A stretch of 56,586 bases of DNA from a virus (IMGVR_UViG_3300031565_000038:1-56586); one strand, 5' to 3'; shown: positions 7,865-14,987, numbered from the stretch's first letter. Notes: generated by a model from the sequence alone, not told the origin. Numbers and translations: made by a program.

Positions 7865-7953
7865 CGCTAACAAAGCGTATAGTGAAAGCATCAAATCGAA
7901 TGGTTCTCCGCAACGCTTCGCATTGCTCTCACCATACGCTCGAAACGTTATAA
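7865..7953 (+). repeat. attC-like site
   Basis: cgcTAAC..agcgtatagtga / tcaccatacgct..GTTataa. Confidence 0.8.
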
Positions 7954-8193
7954 AACAGTTTGCGAAGGAAAGTATTGGCATTTTTCGCATTCTTGATTAT
8001 CAAATGGGCATCCAAGTATATCGAATTGCGGATGATCGCAAACCGATTTTATAACAGCAGGTATAACACAGTTTTTTGCTGCGTATTCTGCCATTAAGTT
8101 AGCTACTGCATTTAATGTAAAGTTGGTTCCAGTTCCGTACCCTTCATTATCCAAGTACTGTTTTGCATTTTCAATGTCTTCTTTTGTGTACAT
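7948..8193 (-). CDS. Cassette hypothetical protein
   Basis: ORF; stop at crossover. Confidence 0.65.
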   Translation of the reverse strand: MYTKEDIENAKQYLDNEGYGTGTNFTLNAVANLMAEYAAKNCVIPAVIKSVCDHPQFDILGCPFDNQECEKCQYFPSQTVL

Positions 8194-8255
8194 TTTATTT
8201 AAGTTTTAGTTATTAATCCGCAAAAAACCGATGTCATACCTGCGTTCCGTTATAG
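8049..8255 (+). repeat. attC-like site
   Basis: ttaTAAC..gcaggtataaca / tgtcatacctgc..GTTatag. Confidence 0.85.
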
Positions 8256-8624
8256 GGCATTTAAAAACTCGCCCCTCCACATCTTTTTAATTAATTTATC
8301 GTTTACTTGTTTTACCTCATATTTTCGCATCAAAGGGAATCTTTCACTTGCCGAAAGTGATTGCCACCAATCTTTCCATTCGTTTTTAAAAATAACGCTT
8401 GGAATGTAATCTTGCTCATAATCACAATTAAGGCACTTTAAAATAACCTTACCATTTACCTCATTGCCTACAAGTGGCAAATGTTGGCTATCATTTCCAC
8501 AAGTTAATTCGTGCCAATTATCATTATGTTGGAAAATTGCTATTTTGCTTAATATTTCTTTATTGTTCATAATCTCATTTATTTTGATTTGTTGGTATGC
8601 GTAGTTTCGTGCTTTCAAATGCAA
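8250..8624 (-). CDS. Cassette hypothetical protein (likely start 8570)
   Basis: ORF; stop at crossover; left attC arm not found. Confidence 0.65.
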   Translation of the reverse strand: MHLKARNYAYQQIKINEIMNNKEILSKIAIFQHNDNWHELTCGNDSQHLPLVGNEVNGKVILKCLNCDYEQDYIPSVIFKNEWKDWWQSLSASERFPLMRKYEVKQVNDKLIKKMWRGEFLNAL

Positions 8625-8645
8625 CCGACCACATATACTTTTTCG

Positions 8646-9392
8646 TTAACGGCAAGCAAAAGAAGCGTCCGTGCGTTCAAATTCGTACACAAAAACCCAA
8701 GGATTAGAATTGAGATTATCAAATCCGTTAATTTTTGCCCATAATGAACGATAAGAAGCAATTGCCGGATGAACACCACCTGTTTGCAAATGGCTTCCAT
8801 CATCCCAAAATCCTACCATTGGTTCAACATACGATTTATAGCGGGTTTGGCACATTTGTTGCCATTTTTCGATACCTTCTGCAATTGCATCTTCCTTTGT
8901 AATATCTTCGAGCCGTTCAATTCTAATTTTTGTAAGTATCAAGAAAATACGGCAAGCATTTTTAGTCATAAATATTGAAGGTTTCCAAGTCCAATGTTCG
9001 TAATCCTCCCACGGTTGCCCATCAGCTTTATAAACATATCCGTAGTTTTCATCAGTTGGGTGTAAGTTCAATACTTTTGTATGTTGCCATGTTTCACGCA
9101 CCCAAAGTATGTCACCTACTTTGTATTTCATTTTAAACAATGAGCCTCCATATTGTCCGTTTTCGTGAACTCCTCTAACTTCAAATTGGTCTTTATCTGT
9201 AAATGCAGAGAATCCAATTTTAGGGTCTGTTATTTTTTTTGAGTATTTAACTATCCGTCTGGTTTGTGTCTTTTCTCCTCTCAATATCGCCTGAACCATT
9301 GGAGTTGAGAAAAGAATAGGTTTACAATTGCCAGCCGTTAACACGCCATATACTCCATTGGCGTGTTCGTTGGTATTCGTAGTTTCTGTCAT
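8646..9392 (-). CDS. ASCH/PUA-like phage protein
   Basis: PILFSTPMVQAILRGEKTQTRR, GDILWVRETW, WKPSIFM and NPWVFVYEF motifs. Confidence 0.8.
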   Translation of the reverse strand: MTETTNTNEHANGVYGVLTAGNCKPILFSTPMVQAILRGEKTQTRRIVKYSKKITDPKIGFSAFTDKDQFEVRGVHENGQYGGSLFKMKYKVGDILWVRETWQHTKVLNLHPTDENYGYVYKADGQPWEDYEHWTWKPSIFMTKNACRIFLILTKIRIERLEDITKEDAIAEGIEKWQQMCQTRYKSYVEPMVGFWDDGSHLQTGGVHPAIASYRSLWAKINGFDNLNSNPWVFVYEFERTDASFACR

Positions 9393-9466
9393 TTTATAAA
9401 GTTTTTAGTAAATTGATAAATTTGTTCGTTCTAATCGCCAACGTAAGCATATGGCAACCGTTATCT
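9336..9466 (+). repeat. attC-like site
   Basis: cgtTAAC..gccatatactccattggcg / cgccaacgtaagcatatggc..GTTatct. Confidence 0.85.
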
Positions 9467-9471
9467 TCCAT

Positions 9472-9852
9472 TTAAGGAAGACTAATCACATTAAGTATTG
9501 CAGGTATCCAATTCGCAGTAATTCCTTTTTTATTATTTATCGAGTATGTGAGCAAAGTTCCGCAGCTTATAAATGTCGAATGCTTAATAAAAGTAGGTGA
9601 AAAAGGAATTTCGCTTGGGGTTTCCTTTTCGCAAATATCTGGTCGTAAATCTAACAGGTGTTTAACTCTATCCCATTCTTTTTGTGTTTTGACAATATAG
9701 CATTCATTAAAATCTAATGAGCGAAAAACGGAAGATAACAAAGGCTCATATTGCATAGCCTTGTTTTCTGGTAAATTACTCATGTTAAATGTTGCTACAC
9801 TTTTGCCATGTTCATATGCTTTTAGGTATTCTTTCTTTGTTAAATCGCTCAT
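9472..9852 (-). CDS. Cassette hypothetical protein
   Basis: ORF; shares KAMQYEPLL with 3213..3497. Confidence 0.65.
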   Translation of the reverse strand: MSDLTKKEYLKAYEHGKSVATFNMSNLPENKAMQYEPLLSSVFRSLDFNECYIVKTQKEWDRVKHLLDLRPDICEKETPSEIPFSPTFIKHSTFISCGTLLTYSINNKKGITANWIPAILNVISLP

Positions 9853-9933
9853 TACTTAGTATTTTTTAAGGTTATTACTTTCTATTTATTTTGGTGGGTA
9901 ATTCACGCACTACCCATACGTACACCGTTAGGT
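9733..9933 (+). repeat. Chimeric attC-like site
   Basis: Left arm identical to 3438..3466; right arm not complementary; GTT at 9927. Confidence 0.7.
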
Positions 9934-10188
9934 GGCATTTAAAGAAATGTACTTGGTATCTATTTCAAGTTGCTGTATTTCAGTTAAGCCATTACCTTTT
10001 GCTCTGTTTTTATTGAACTTCAAGCAATCATAACACACCTTTACTTCATTTACCGTTAAGGCTATTTTGTTATCGTTAGAACAAACGCCACATAACAATG
10101 TGTCAACAATAATTACTGGCTTTTCCGGTATGTCAAATAATTTTTTTTGTATAATCATTACATTAATTTTGAAAGGTTTATATCTCAA
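9928..10188 (-). CDS. Cassette hypothetical protein
   Basis: ORF; two CxxC; stop at crossover. Confidence 0.6.
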   Translation of the reverse strand: MRYKPFKINVMIIQKKLFDIPEKPVIIVDTLLCGVCSNDNKIALTVNEVKVCYDCLKFNKNRAKGNGLTEIQQLEIDTKYISLNAT

Positions 10189-10221
10189 ATTCCGTAACTA
10201 TTGTTACACTATCCGTTAGCA
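10090..10221 (+). repeat. attC-like site
   Basis: acaTAAC..gtgtcaacaataattac / gtaactattgttacac..GTTagca. Confidence 0.85.
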
Positions 10222-10222
10222 C

Positions 10223-10507
10223 TTAAACGAGCGTCCCAGTTACATCAGCTTCAATTTTGAAAATTGCTTGTATTCTATTTTTTGAACCATCTTTTTCGCA
10301 TTCTGAAACAAACGATTCTAATTCAATATCTGAATTAATACCATAAGCTCCGTTTAAATCTAAATCACCATCGGTAATTACAATATACTTTGTATTTTCT
10401 CTCACCGAATTATCTCTAAATTTACACCCATTGTATTCCATTTTGATAAAAATTAACTGGCTATAACACACAATAAAAAATATATAGGCGTTTGTACTAT
10501 TATTCAA
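10223..10507 (-). CDS. Cassette hypothetical protein (likely start 10441)
   Basis: ORF. Confidence 0.6.
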   Translation of the reverse strand: MNNSTNAYIFFIVCYSQLIFIKMEYNGCKFRDNSVRENTKYIVITDGDLDLNGAYGINSDIELESFVSECEKDGSKNRIQAIFKIEADVTGTLV

Positions 10508-10664
10508 GGTTTGTGCCCCTCTTTGGCTTTTTTAAAGCCATTAGGTATTCACTACATATAAACTCAATCATTCCGCTAAAACTGCGTCTTTGTTTTGTAG
10601 CTTCTTTCTTAATCTCAGCGTTTATTTCGCTATCAATCGTTAAACTTTCTCTGTCCTTTGCCAT
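10500..10664 (-). CDS. Ribbon-helix-helix (CopG/Arc-like) regulator (54 aa, not in ORF track)
   Basis: MAKDRESLTIDSEINAEIKKEATKQRRSFSGMIEFICSEYL. Confidence 0.65.
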   Translation of the reverse strand: MAKDRESLTIDSEINAEIKKEATKQRRSFSGMIEFICSEYLMALKKPKRGTNLE

Positions 10665-10683
10665 AATTTTTTATATAAAAAAA

Positions 10684-11026
10684 GGGTTACCGATGCAGCC
10701 CTGTACAAAACATTGAGTTGGTCAATTAATACTCTTAGAAACTTTTACCAGGGGTTTAAAAGAACTTTGCTTTTTACATTTTAATCTTTAAAGCGTAAGA
10801 ACTTTTAATTTTAACCTTTTTGCTTTTAACTTTCAGCGTTAAACTTTTCAAGTTTTTGCAGTCTTATGCTCTAACCATCTGAGCTAATTCCCCGACTTTC
10901 GTCTGGCGGAGAATACTGGAATCGAACCAGCGACACTAAGAACCCATTGCATGTTAGTTTAGCAAACCGGTGCTTTTCTAACCCTCAAGCAGGGAATTGA
11001 ATTTATGTTTTTCGCATCGGTATTCC
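10684..11026 (-). ncRNA. Candidate structured ncRNA (about 340 nt)
   Basis: 9-bp closing stem (11014..11022 with 10688..10696) followed by a U-tract; embedded tRNA halves; 7-nt periodic A-rich tract; no long ORF. Confidence 0.65.
10855..10943 (-). tRNA. Circularly permuted tRNA-like element (3' half + CCA, GAC-GAAA-GUC linker, 5' half)
   Basis: 3' half UCUUA-GUGUC-GCUGG UUCGAUU CCAGU-AUUCUCC-G-CCA precedes 5' half GGGGAAU-UA-GCUC AGAUGGUUA GAGC-A-UAAGA-CUGCAAA; acceptor and anticodon stems pair between the halves. Confidence 0.75.
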
Positions 11027-11040
11027 TTTATTAGTTTTAA

Positions 11041-11709
11041 TTAAATTTCAATTACTGTTATTGCGTTAATTTCAGAAAGAACAGCGTCAACTTCTGTCTC
11101 AAATTCATTTACTTCATTTTGCAAATTCTCTGTAAGTTCTTCAACTTTCAAAGGGTCAACTAAATGAAATTCCTTACGCTTCACAAACGGCTCAACAATG
11201 TTTTTAACATCTTCATCGTTAGGTTTTACCCTATCATCACCTTGTTTGCCAATCATAATTTTAGCGTTCTCTAAAGCAACATTGTTTACTTTCTCATTTT
11301 CCTGAGTAAATTTTGCTTTTACTGCGTTGTGCTTTTGACTCAACCTTGCGATAAGGTTTTTCTTAACAGCTATTACAGTTTTAAAATTAATTGCATCTGC
11401 AATAGTCATTGTTTTTCCTCCAATTTTAACAATGGTCGTTCCGTTTGCTTTTACAATAGCTGATTTAATAGAGTTTTTACGCTCAATCAAATCTGAAACT
11501 GATTGAAACTTAGCCTTTACATCTTTCTCGAAATCATCTTTTGCGTAAAAACCATTAACAGGCTTATTCAATTGCATTAAACCAGTTGGCTCAACTACAT
11601 TAATAGCTTTTTCAATTCTTGCATCAATCAGTTTTAGTTCCGACAATGCTCGGTGAATAGTCATTTTTGTCTTTTCCATAATATTTAAAACTTTAAATGT
11701 TAAGTGCAA
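11041..11709 (-). CDS. Coiled-coil protein resembling DUF6847/DIP1984-type proteins (likely start 11679)
   Basis: MTIHRALSELK..., MTIADAI and C-terminal VDAVLSEINAITVIEI; family assignment from memory of the pattern. Confidence 0.6.
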   Translation of the reverse strand: MHLTFKVLNIMEKTKMTIHRALSELKLIDARIEKAINVVEPTGLMQLNKPVNGFYAKDDFEKDVKAKFQSVSDLIERKNSIKSAIVKANGTTIVKIGGKTMTIADAINFKTVIAVKKNLIARLSQKHNAVKAKFTQENEKVNNVALENAKIMIGKQGDDRVKPNDEDVKNIVEPFVKRKEFHLVDPLKVEELTENLQNEVNEFETEVDAVLSEINAITVIEI

Positions 11710-11736
11710 ATATATAGTATTATTTTATATTGTCAA
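11707..11736 (-). promoter_or_regulatory. Promoter
   Basis: TTGACA...TATATTTG. Confidence 0.7.
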
Positions 11737-11853
11737 GTATTATTAAGTATTTTTTTCAACAATATTTTTCCAACGCTCAAAATATTTTAACATTTATAAT
11801 CCTAATTAAATTCTGTGGTAACTTGATAAAAGCAACCGTATCATATTTAAACG

Positions 11854-12075
11854 TTATAACCCATTTTTACTTTTGTACAGTTCAATCAGTTCTGCAAAAG
11901 ATATTACAGGTACTCCAAAATCTCCTTCTTCTGCAAACCCATGTACTTCAATAAATTTTGTTGCTTCAATCACTTCTATTTTTGCTTCTTTAACAAGCCA
12001 TATCCAAAATGGGGTTATAACACTACCTATATGTAATGCCTTTCCGTTTTTATCAAATATTTCTAAGTTATCCAT
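11854..12075 (-). CDS. Cassette hypothetical protein
   Basis: ORF; start in loop, stop at crossover. Confidence 0.65.
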   Translation of the reverse strand: MDNLEIFDKNGKALHIGSVITPFWIWLVKEAKIEVIEATKFIEVHGFAEEGDFGVPVISFAELIELYKSKNGL

Positions 12076-12153
12076 TGTTTAAGTTTTTTAAGTTAGTATA
12101 GTAATTTATTTAAGTCGGCGCTACACATAGACAAACCGTTAGCAAACATTTGA

Positions 12154-12483
12154 CTACACACACTCGGATACTATACTCCATTCTTTATCTGCATAAAAAT
12201 CGGTATTGAAATAATAATGACCGCCTTTTGCTGTTATCTTATGATTTTTAAACCACCACCAAGTCTCCTTAAATTCATAAATCAATTCTTCATTATCAGA
12301 CCATCCTCCTGTATGTATTGATATAAGATTTTCATCTTCTTCTATTGAACCATAATTAATATCATACATACCTTTAAACAGCAAAAAGGATTCATCAGCT
12401 AATTCAAGCGCTTTAGAATTTACATTTACTATTTTACCATTTTCTTTTTCGTACATTAAATATTTTTCAAACCTGTTTTCCAT
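12154..12483 (-). CDS. Hypothetical protein
   Basis: ORF; HTGGWSDNE motif. Confidence 0.7.
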   Translation of the reverse strand: MENRFEKYLMYEKENGKIVNVNSKALELADESFLLFKGMYDINYGSIEEDENLISIHTGGWSDNEELIYEFKETWWWFKNHKITAKGGHYYFNTDFYADKEWSIVSECV

Positions 12484-12505
12484 CGCTTAAAACGTTTTAC
12501 TAAGA

Positions 12506-12709
12506 TTATTTTTTTATTTTTTCTTCCAATATGCTTGTCCTGCCCTCAATCCATCCGCTATAAAAGCTTTTCCAGTCCAACCCTTTGTGTTCAAGTTCTT
12601 TAAAACGCTCTTTTACATCTCCTATTATTTCTTTGCTTGACGGCGGTTTTTTTGCTTTCATATATAGGTTTTTTATAATACAGTTGAAAAAGTCAACCCG
12701 ATGTTCCAT
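12506..12709 (-). CDS. Hypothetical protein
   Basis: ORF. Confidence 0.5.
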   Translation of the reverse strand: MEHRVDFFNCIIKNLYMKAKKPPSSKEIIGDVKERFKELEHKGLDWKSFYSGWIEGRTSILEEKIKK

Positions 12710-13236
12710 TTTGCCTTGCCGTAAAAATACACCAGTCCTGAGCCGATCCCGACCTTTGATTTTTCGCTTATATTTATTTCTGGGTTAAAAAAAATACTTG
12801 CTAAATATAATTGGTCAAAAAACGTCAAGTCAATTTTTGTCCATTTCCATTTGAGCAAAGCCTTGAAAGAATGGTTTCCCGTATTTATAAAAGAGTACCC
12901 AAAACTGAACCATTTTGTAAAAGGATAGGTAAATGAAGCAGAAAAATAATCTATCCGCTTCTCTGTATCCATGAAATATTCAACCCCTCCGTATCTTGTA
13001 TTAATTGCGGCCATATAGGAATAGTAAGGGTTTCCATTGTCTCTCTCATAGTTAACCATACCCCTTATCTCCACACATGAATCAATGAGCGTCTTTGCTT
13101 CGATCTTTGAATAGTAGTCGAAAAGACAGGTGTCTTTTGCATTTCTACTGTTCAAATGCAGTTTGATTTCGGTCTGTGAAAAAAGGCTCGATGAAACCAA
13201 TAAGATCAATATAATTAAAGTGCTTAATCTTTCCAT
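12673..13236 (-). CDS. Exported protein, possible small outer-membrane beta-barrel
   Basis: Signal peptide ending LFS-Q; alternating aromatic beta-strand pattern. Confidence 0.55.
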   Translation of the reverse strand: MERLSTLIILILLVSSSLFSQTEIKLHLNSRNAKDTCLFDYYSKIEAKTLIDSCVEIRGMVNYERDNGNPYYSYMAAINTRYGGVEYFMDTEKRIDYFSASFTYPFTKWFSFGYSFINTGNHSFKALLKWKWTKIDLTFFDQLYLASIFFNPEINISEKSKVGIGSGLVYFYGKAKWNIGLTFSTVL

Positions 13237-13263
13237 TTTATGTTTTTTGGTTTTGTATTCTTT

Positions 13264-13458
13264 TCATTTTACCAAATTTATACATTTTGAATAACTGTCG
13301 AAAATCAATTTTTCTCCGTTGCATTTCGGGCATTTGATATTTTCACCGTTGAAACTGATTGAATCGTCCTTTGAGCGATACCAAGCCCTTTTTCCCTTTA
13401 GCTCATACTGGAATACATTATCGCATCCAAGGCATTTTATATGGTTGTTTTTTCCCAT
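13264..13458 (-). CDS. Zinc-ribbon protein
   Basis: CLGC..CPKC. Confidence 0.6.
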   Translation of the reverse strand: MGKNNHIKCLGCDNVFQYELKGKRAWYRSKDDSISFNGENIKCPKCNGEKLIFDSYSKCINLVK

Positions 13459-13472
13459 GTTTGATGTTTAAT

Positions 13473-13509
13473 AAAAGAGGGGGCTTCGCCGTAAGGCATC
13501 CCCTCTTTT
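13473..13509. terminator. Intrinsic terminator-like hairpin
   Basis: aaaagagggg..cccctctttt stem. Confidence 0.6.
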
Positions 13510-13580
13510 AAACCAAAAAAAAGTATTCAAATAGTACAAGAAATACGAATTTATAAAAAACAGAACACATTGTCAAATAT

Positions 13581-13637
13581 TTATCTGTAGTTTATATTTT
13601 TTTCGTTATGCAAAAAGTACTGTTATACGGTAGTTGT
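13581..13637 (+). repeat. Array-head element copy 1 (attI-like or RHH operator)
   Basis: 54/57 identical to 55871..55927; both end at the G|TT of the first cassette. Confidence 0.75.
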
Positions 13638-13645
13638 GTGTAATA

Positions 13646-13939
13646 CTACTTACTAAGCTCAATTAAGCAATTCTTTAGTATTTCAAACGCATCCTCTTGC
13701 GCTGCTTCTGTTGTGGAAAATCCAGCCCCACGCTCACTCGGTTCATGCAAGCTTTCTTCTAACACTTTCAATGCTTTTTCGGCAGCATCTTCTATTGCGT
13801 TATCCACACGCTCTTGCTCTTCAATTTCTTCCATAGCTATTCCATAACCTTCCCAGTTATCTACTCCAGCGCATTCCAACGCACGCATTTTAGATTCAAT
13901 CAACTCTAATTCTTTTAATCTACTTTTTGAAATTTCCAT
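13646..13939 (-). CDS. Cassette hypothetical protein
   Basis: ORF; LExAGVDNWEGY motif. Confidence 0.75.
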   Translation of the reverse strand: MEISKSRLKELELIESKMRALECAGVDNWEGYGIAMEEIEEQERVDNAIEDAAEKALKVLEESLHEPSERGAGFSTTEAAQEDAFEILKNCLIELSK

Positions 13940-14177
13940 ATCTATATTTTTTGTGGTTTAATAAACCGTACTACACACAACAATTTGTATAATTCAGTTG
14001 GCGTGTGTGCTTAGTCCAACTTTTGCACTTTTAATTTAGTTTATATCGGTTCGACAATTTAGTGCTATTAATGCCAACCGAAATCATACAATGGTCGTTA
14101 TAGCGAATTATTTTTTAACCGCCTTATTGCAAGCATATATCCTTCGTGTAAGAAAATTTCGCATTTATGGTATATTC

Positions 14178-14528
14178 CTATTTCCCACATTTATAGTACT
14201 CTATTCTAAATTTGAATCCATCACACAACCAATCCTCAATTTTTGGGACATAAGTTGACGAACCGTTCCAATACACTCTCGGATGAAACATAAATTGATT
14301 GCATTGTTCTTTTGTGAACCCATGTATTTCGAGAGTTGCAATTTTTTTAGTTACTAAATGAGTAAAATGAAATAACCAATCGCCATCTTTGTGTCTTTCA
14401 ATAAATTTCATTTCAACCTCGTTAAATCCTTCATCGTGAATTGATTTTAACCATTCTTTAGCATTTATTTCGGCTTGTTCAAAAGTTCCTCCTTTGTTTA
14501 CAGAACCTGCATTTATAATTATTCCCAT
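14178..14528 (-). CDS. Cassette hypothetical protein
   Basis: ORF. Confidence 0.7.
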   Translation of the reverse strand: MGIIINAGSVNKGGTFEQAEINAKEWLKSIHDEGFNEVEMKFIERHKDGDWLFHFTHLVTKKIATLEIHGFTKEQCNQFMFHPRVYWNGSSTYVPKIEDWLCDGFKFRIEYYKCGK

Positions 14529-14591
14529 TGTTTTGATATTTAATTGTTAATAATTCGATTAATAAAAGGCAGCCGATAACACTACAAAAAT

Positions 14592-14807
14592 TTATAAGCA
14601 AAATGAAACAGCATCGCCCATATAATTGTAAGTCATGTAAAAATGATTTCCGCAACCACATTTTATCTTTGTTGCCCAGCTTTTATTTCTGTTACATCTG
14701 TTCAGATATTTATCGTTTATATCATCATACCATTTTTCACAGTTTGGACATTGAAAATCCGTTTTTGCAAAATCCATGAAGCCGTCTTTTATTTCTATAC
14801 CTATCAT
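14592..14807 (-). CDS. Zinc-binding hypothetical protein
   Basis: CPNC..CGCG. Confidence 0.6.
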   Translation of the reverse strand: MIGIEIKDGFMDFAKTDFQCPNCEKWYDDINDKYLNRCNRNKSWATKIKCGCGNHFYMTYNYMGDAVSFCL

Positions 14808-14987
14808 TTGTTCTACATCTCGTTTTTAAATATTTTTTCTAAATCAATATCCATTCCTTCACCATTGTTTTTTTCGACCCAAATTATATTTTCCCTGTCA
14901 AAACCTTCAATTTCTGATGCTTTTTGCAGTTTAAATATACCAACATTCAAAATTTCGTTACTATTTTGCCATATTAACTCTTGTTTT

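Larger units (their letters stand above)
1..10515 (+). mobile_element. Main integron-like cassette array (continues from 55923 across the contig join), about 22 cassettes
   Basis: Repeated units G|TTRRRY-body-RYYYAAC-imperfect hairpin-G|TT; in most units the start of the body is the reverse complement of that unit's own R'' box. Confidence 0.85.
11853..12495 (+). mobile_element. Minor cassette array (2 units; attC-like site 12015..12144)
   Basis: gttataacccatttt at 11853 vs aaaatggggttataac; GTT at 12138. Confidence 0.7.
13633..14580 (+). mobile_element. Minor cassette array (attC-like site 13975..14103)
   Basis: gttgtgtgtaatac vs gtactacacacaac; ttgtataattcagttggc / gccaaccgaaatcatacaa arms. 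Confidence 0.75.

Noticed and set aside
857-10221. CRISPR array interpretation of the recurring units
   Set aside because: The units share structure and core boxes but not an identical repeat; spacing varies from about 280 to 1260 bp and contains genes; no cas genes
857-10221. Intrinsic terminators as the explanation of the hairpins
   Set aside because: No U-tracts, long loops containing start codons, and fixed AAC/GTT ends matched to each body
10904-10943. attP core (duplicated tRNA 3' end)
   Set aside because: The matching 5' half is present downstream and no integrase is encoded
10684-11026. Canonical tmRNA
   Set aside because: A full D arm is present and no convincing tag reading frame was seen; only the permuted layout and G3-U70 are similar
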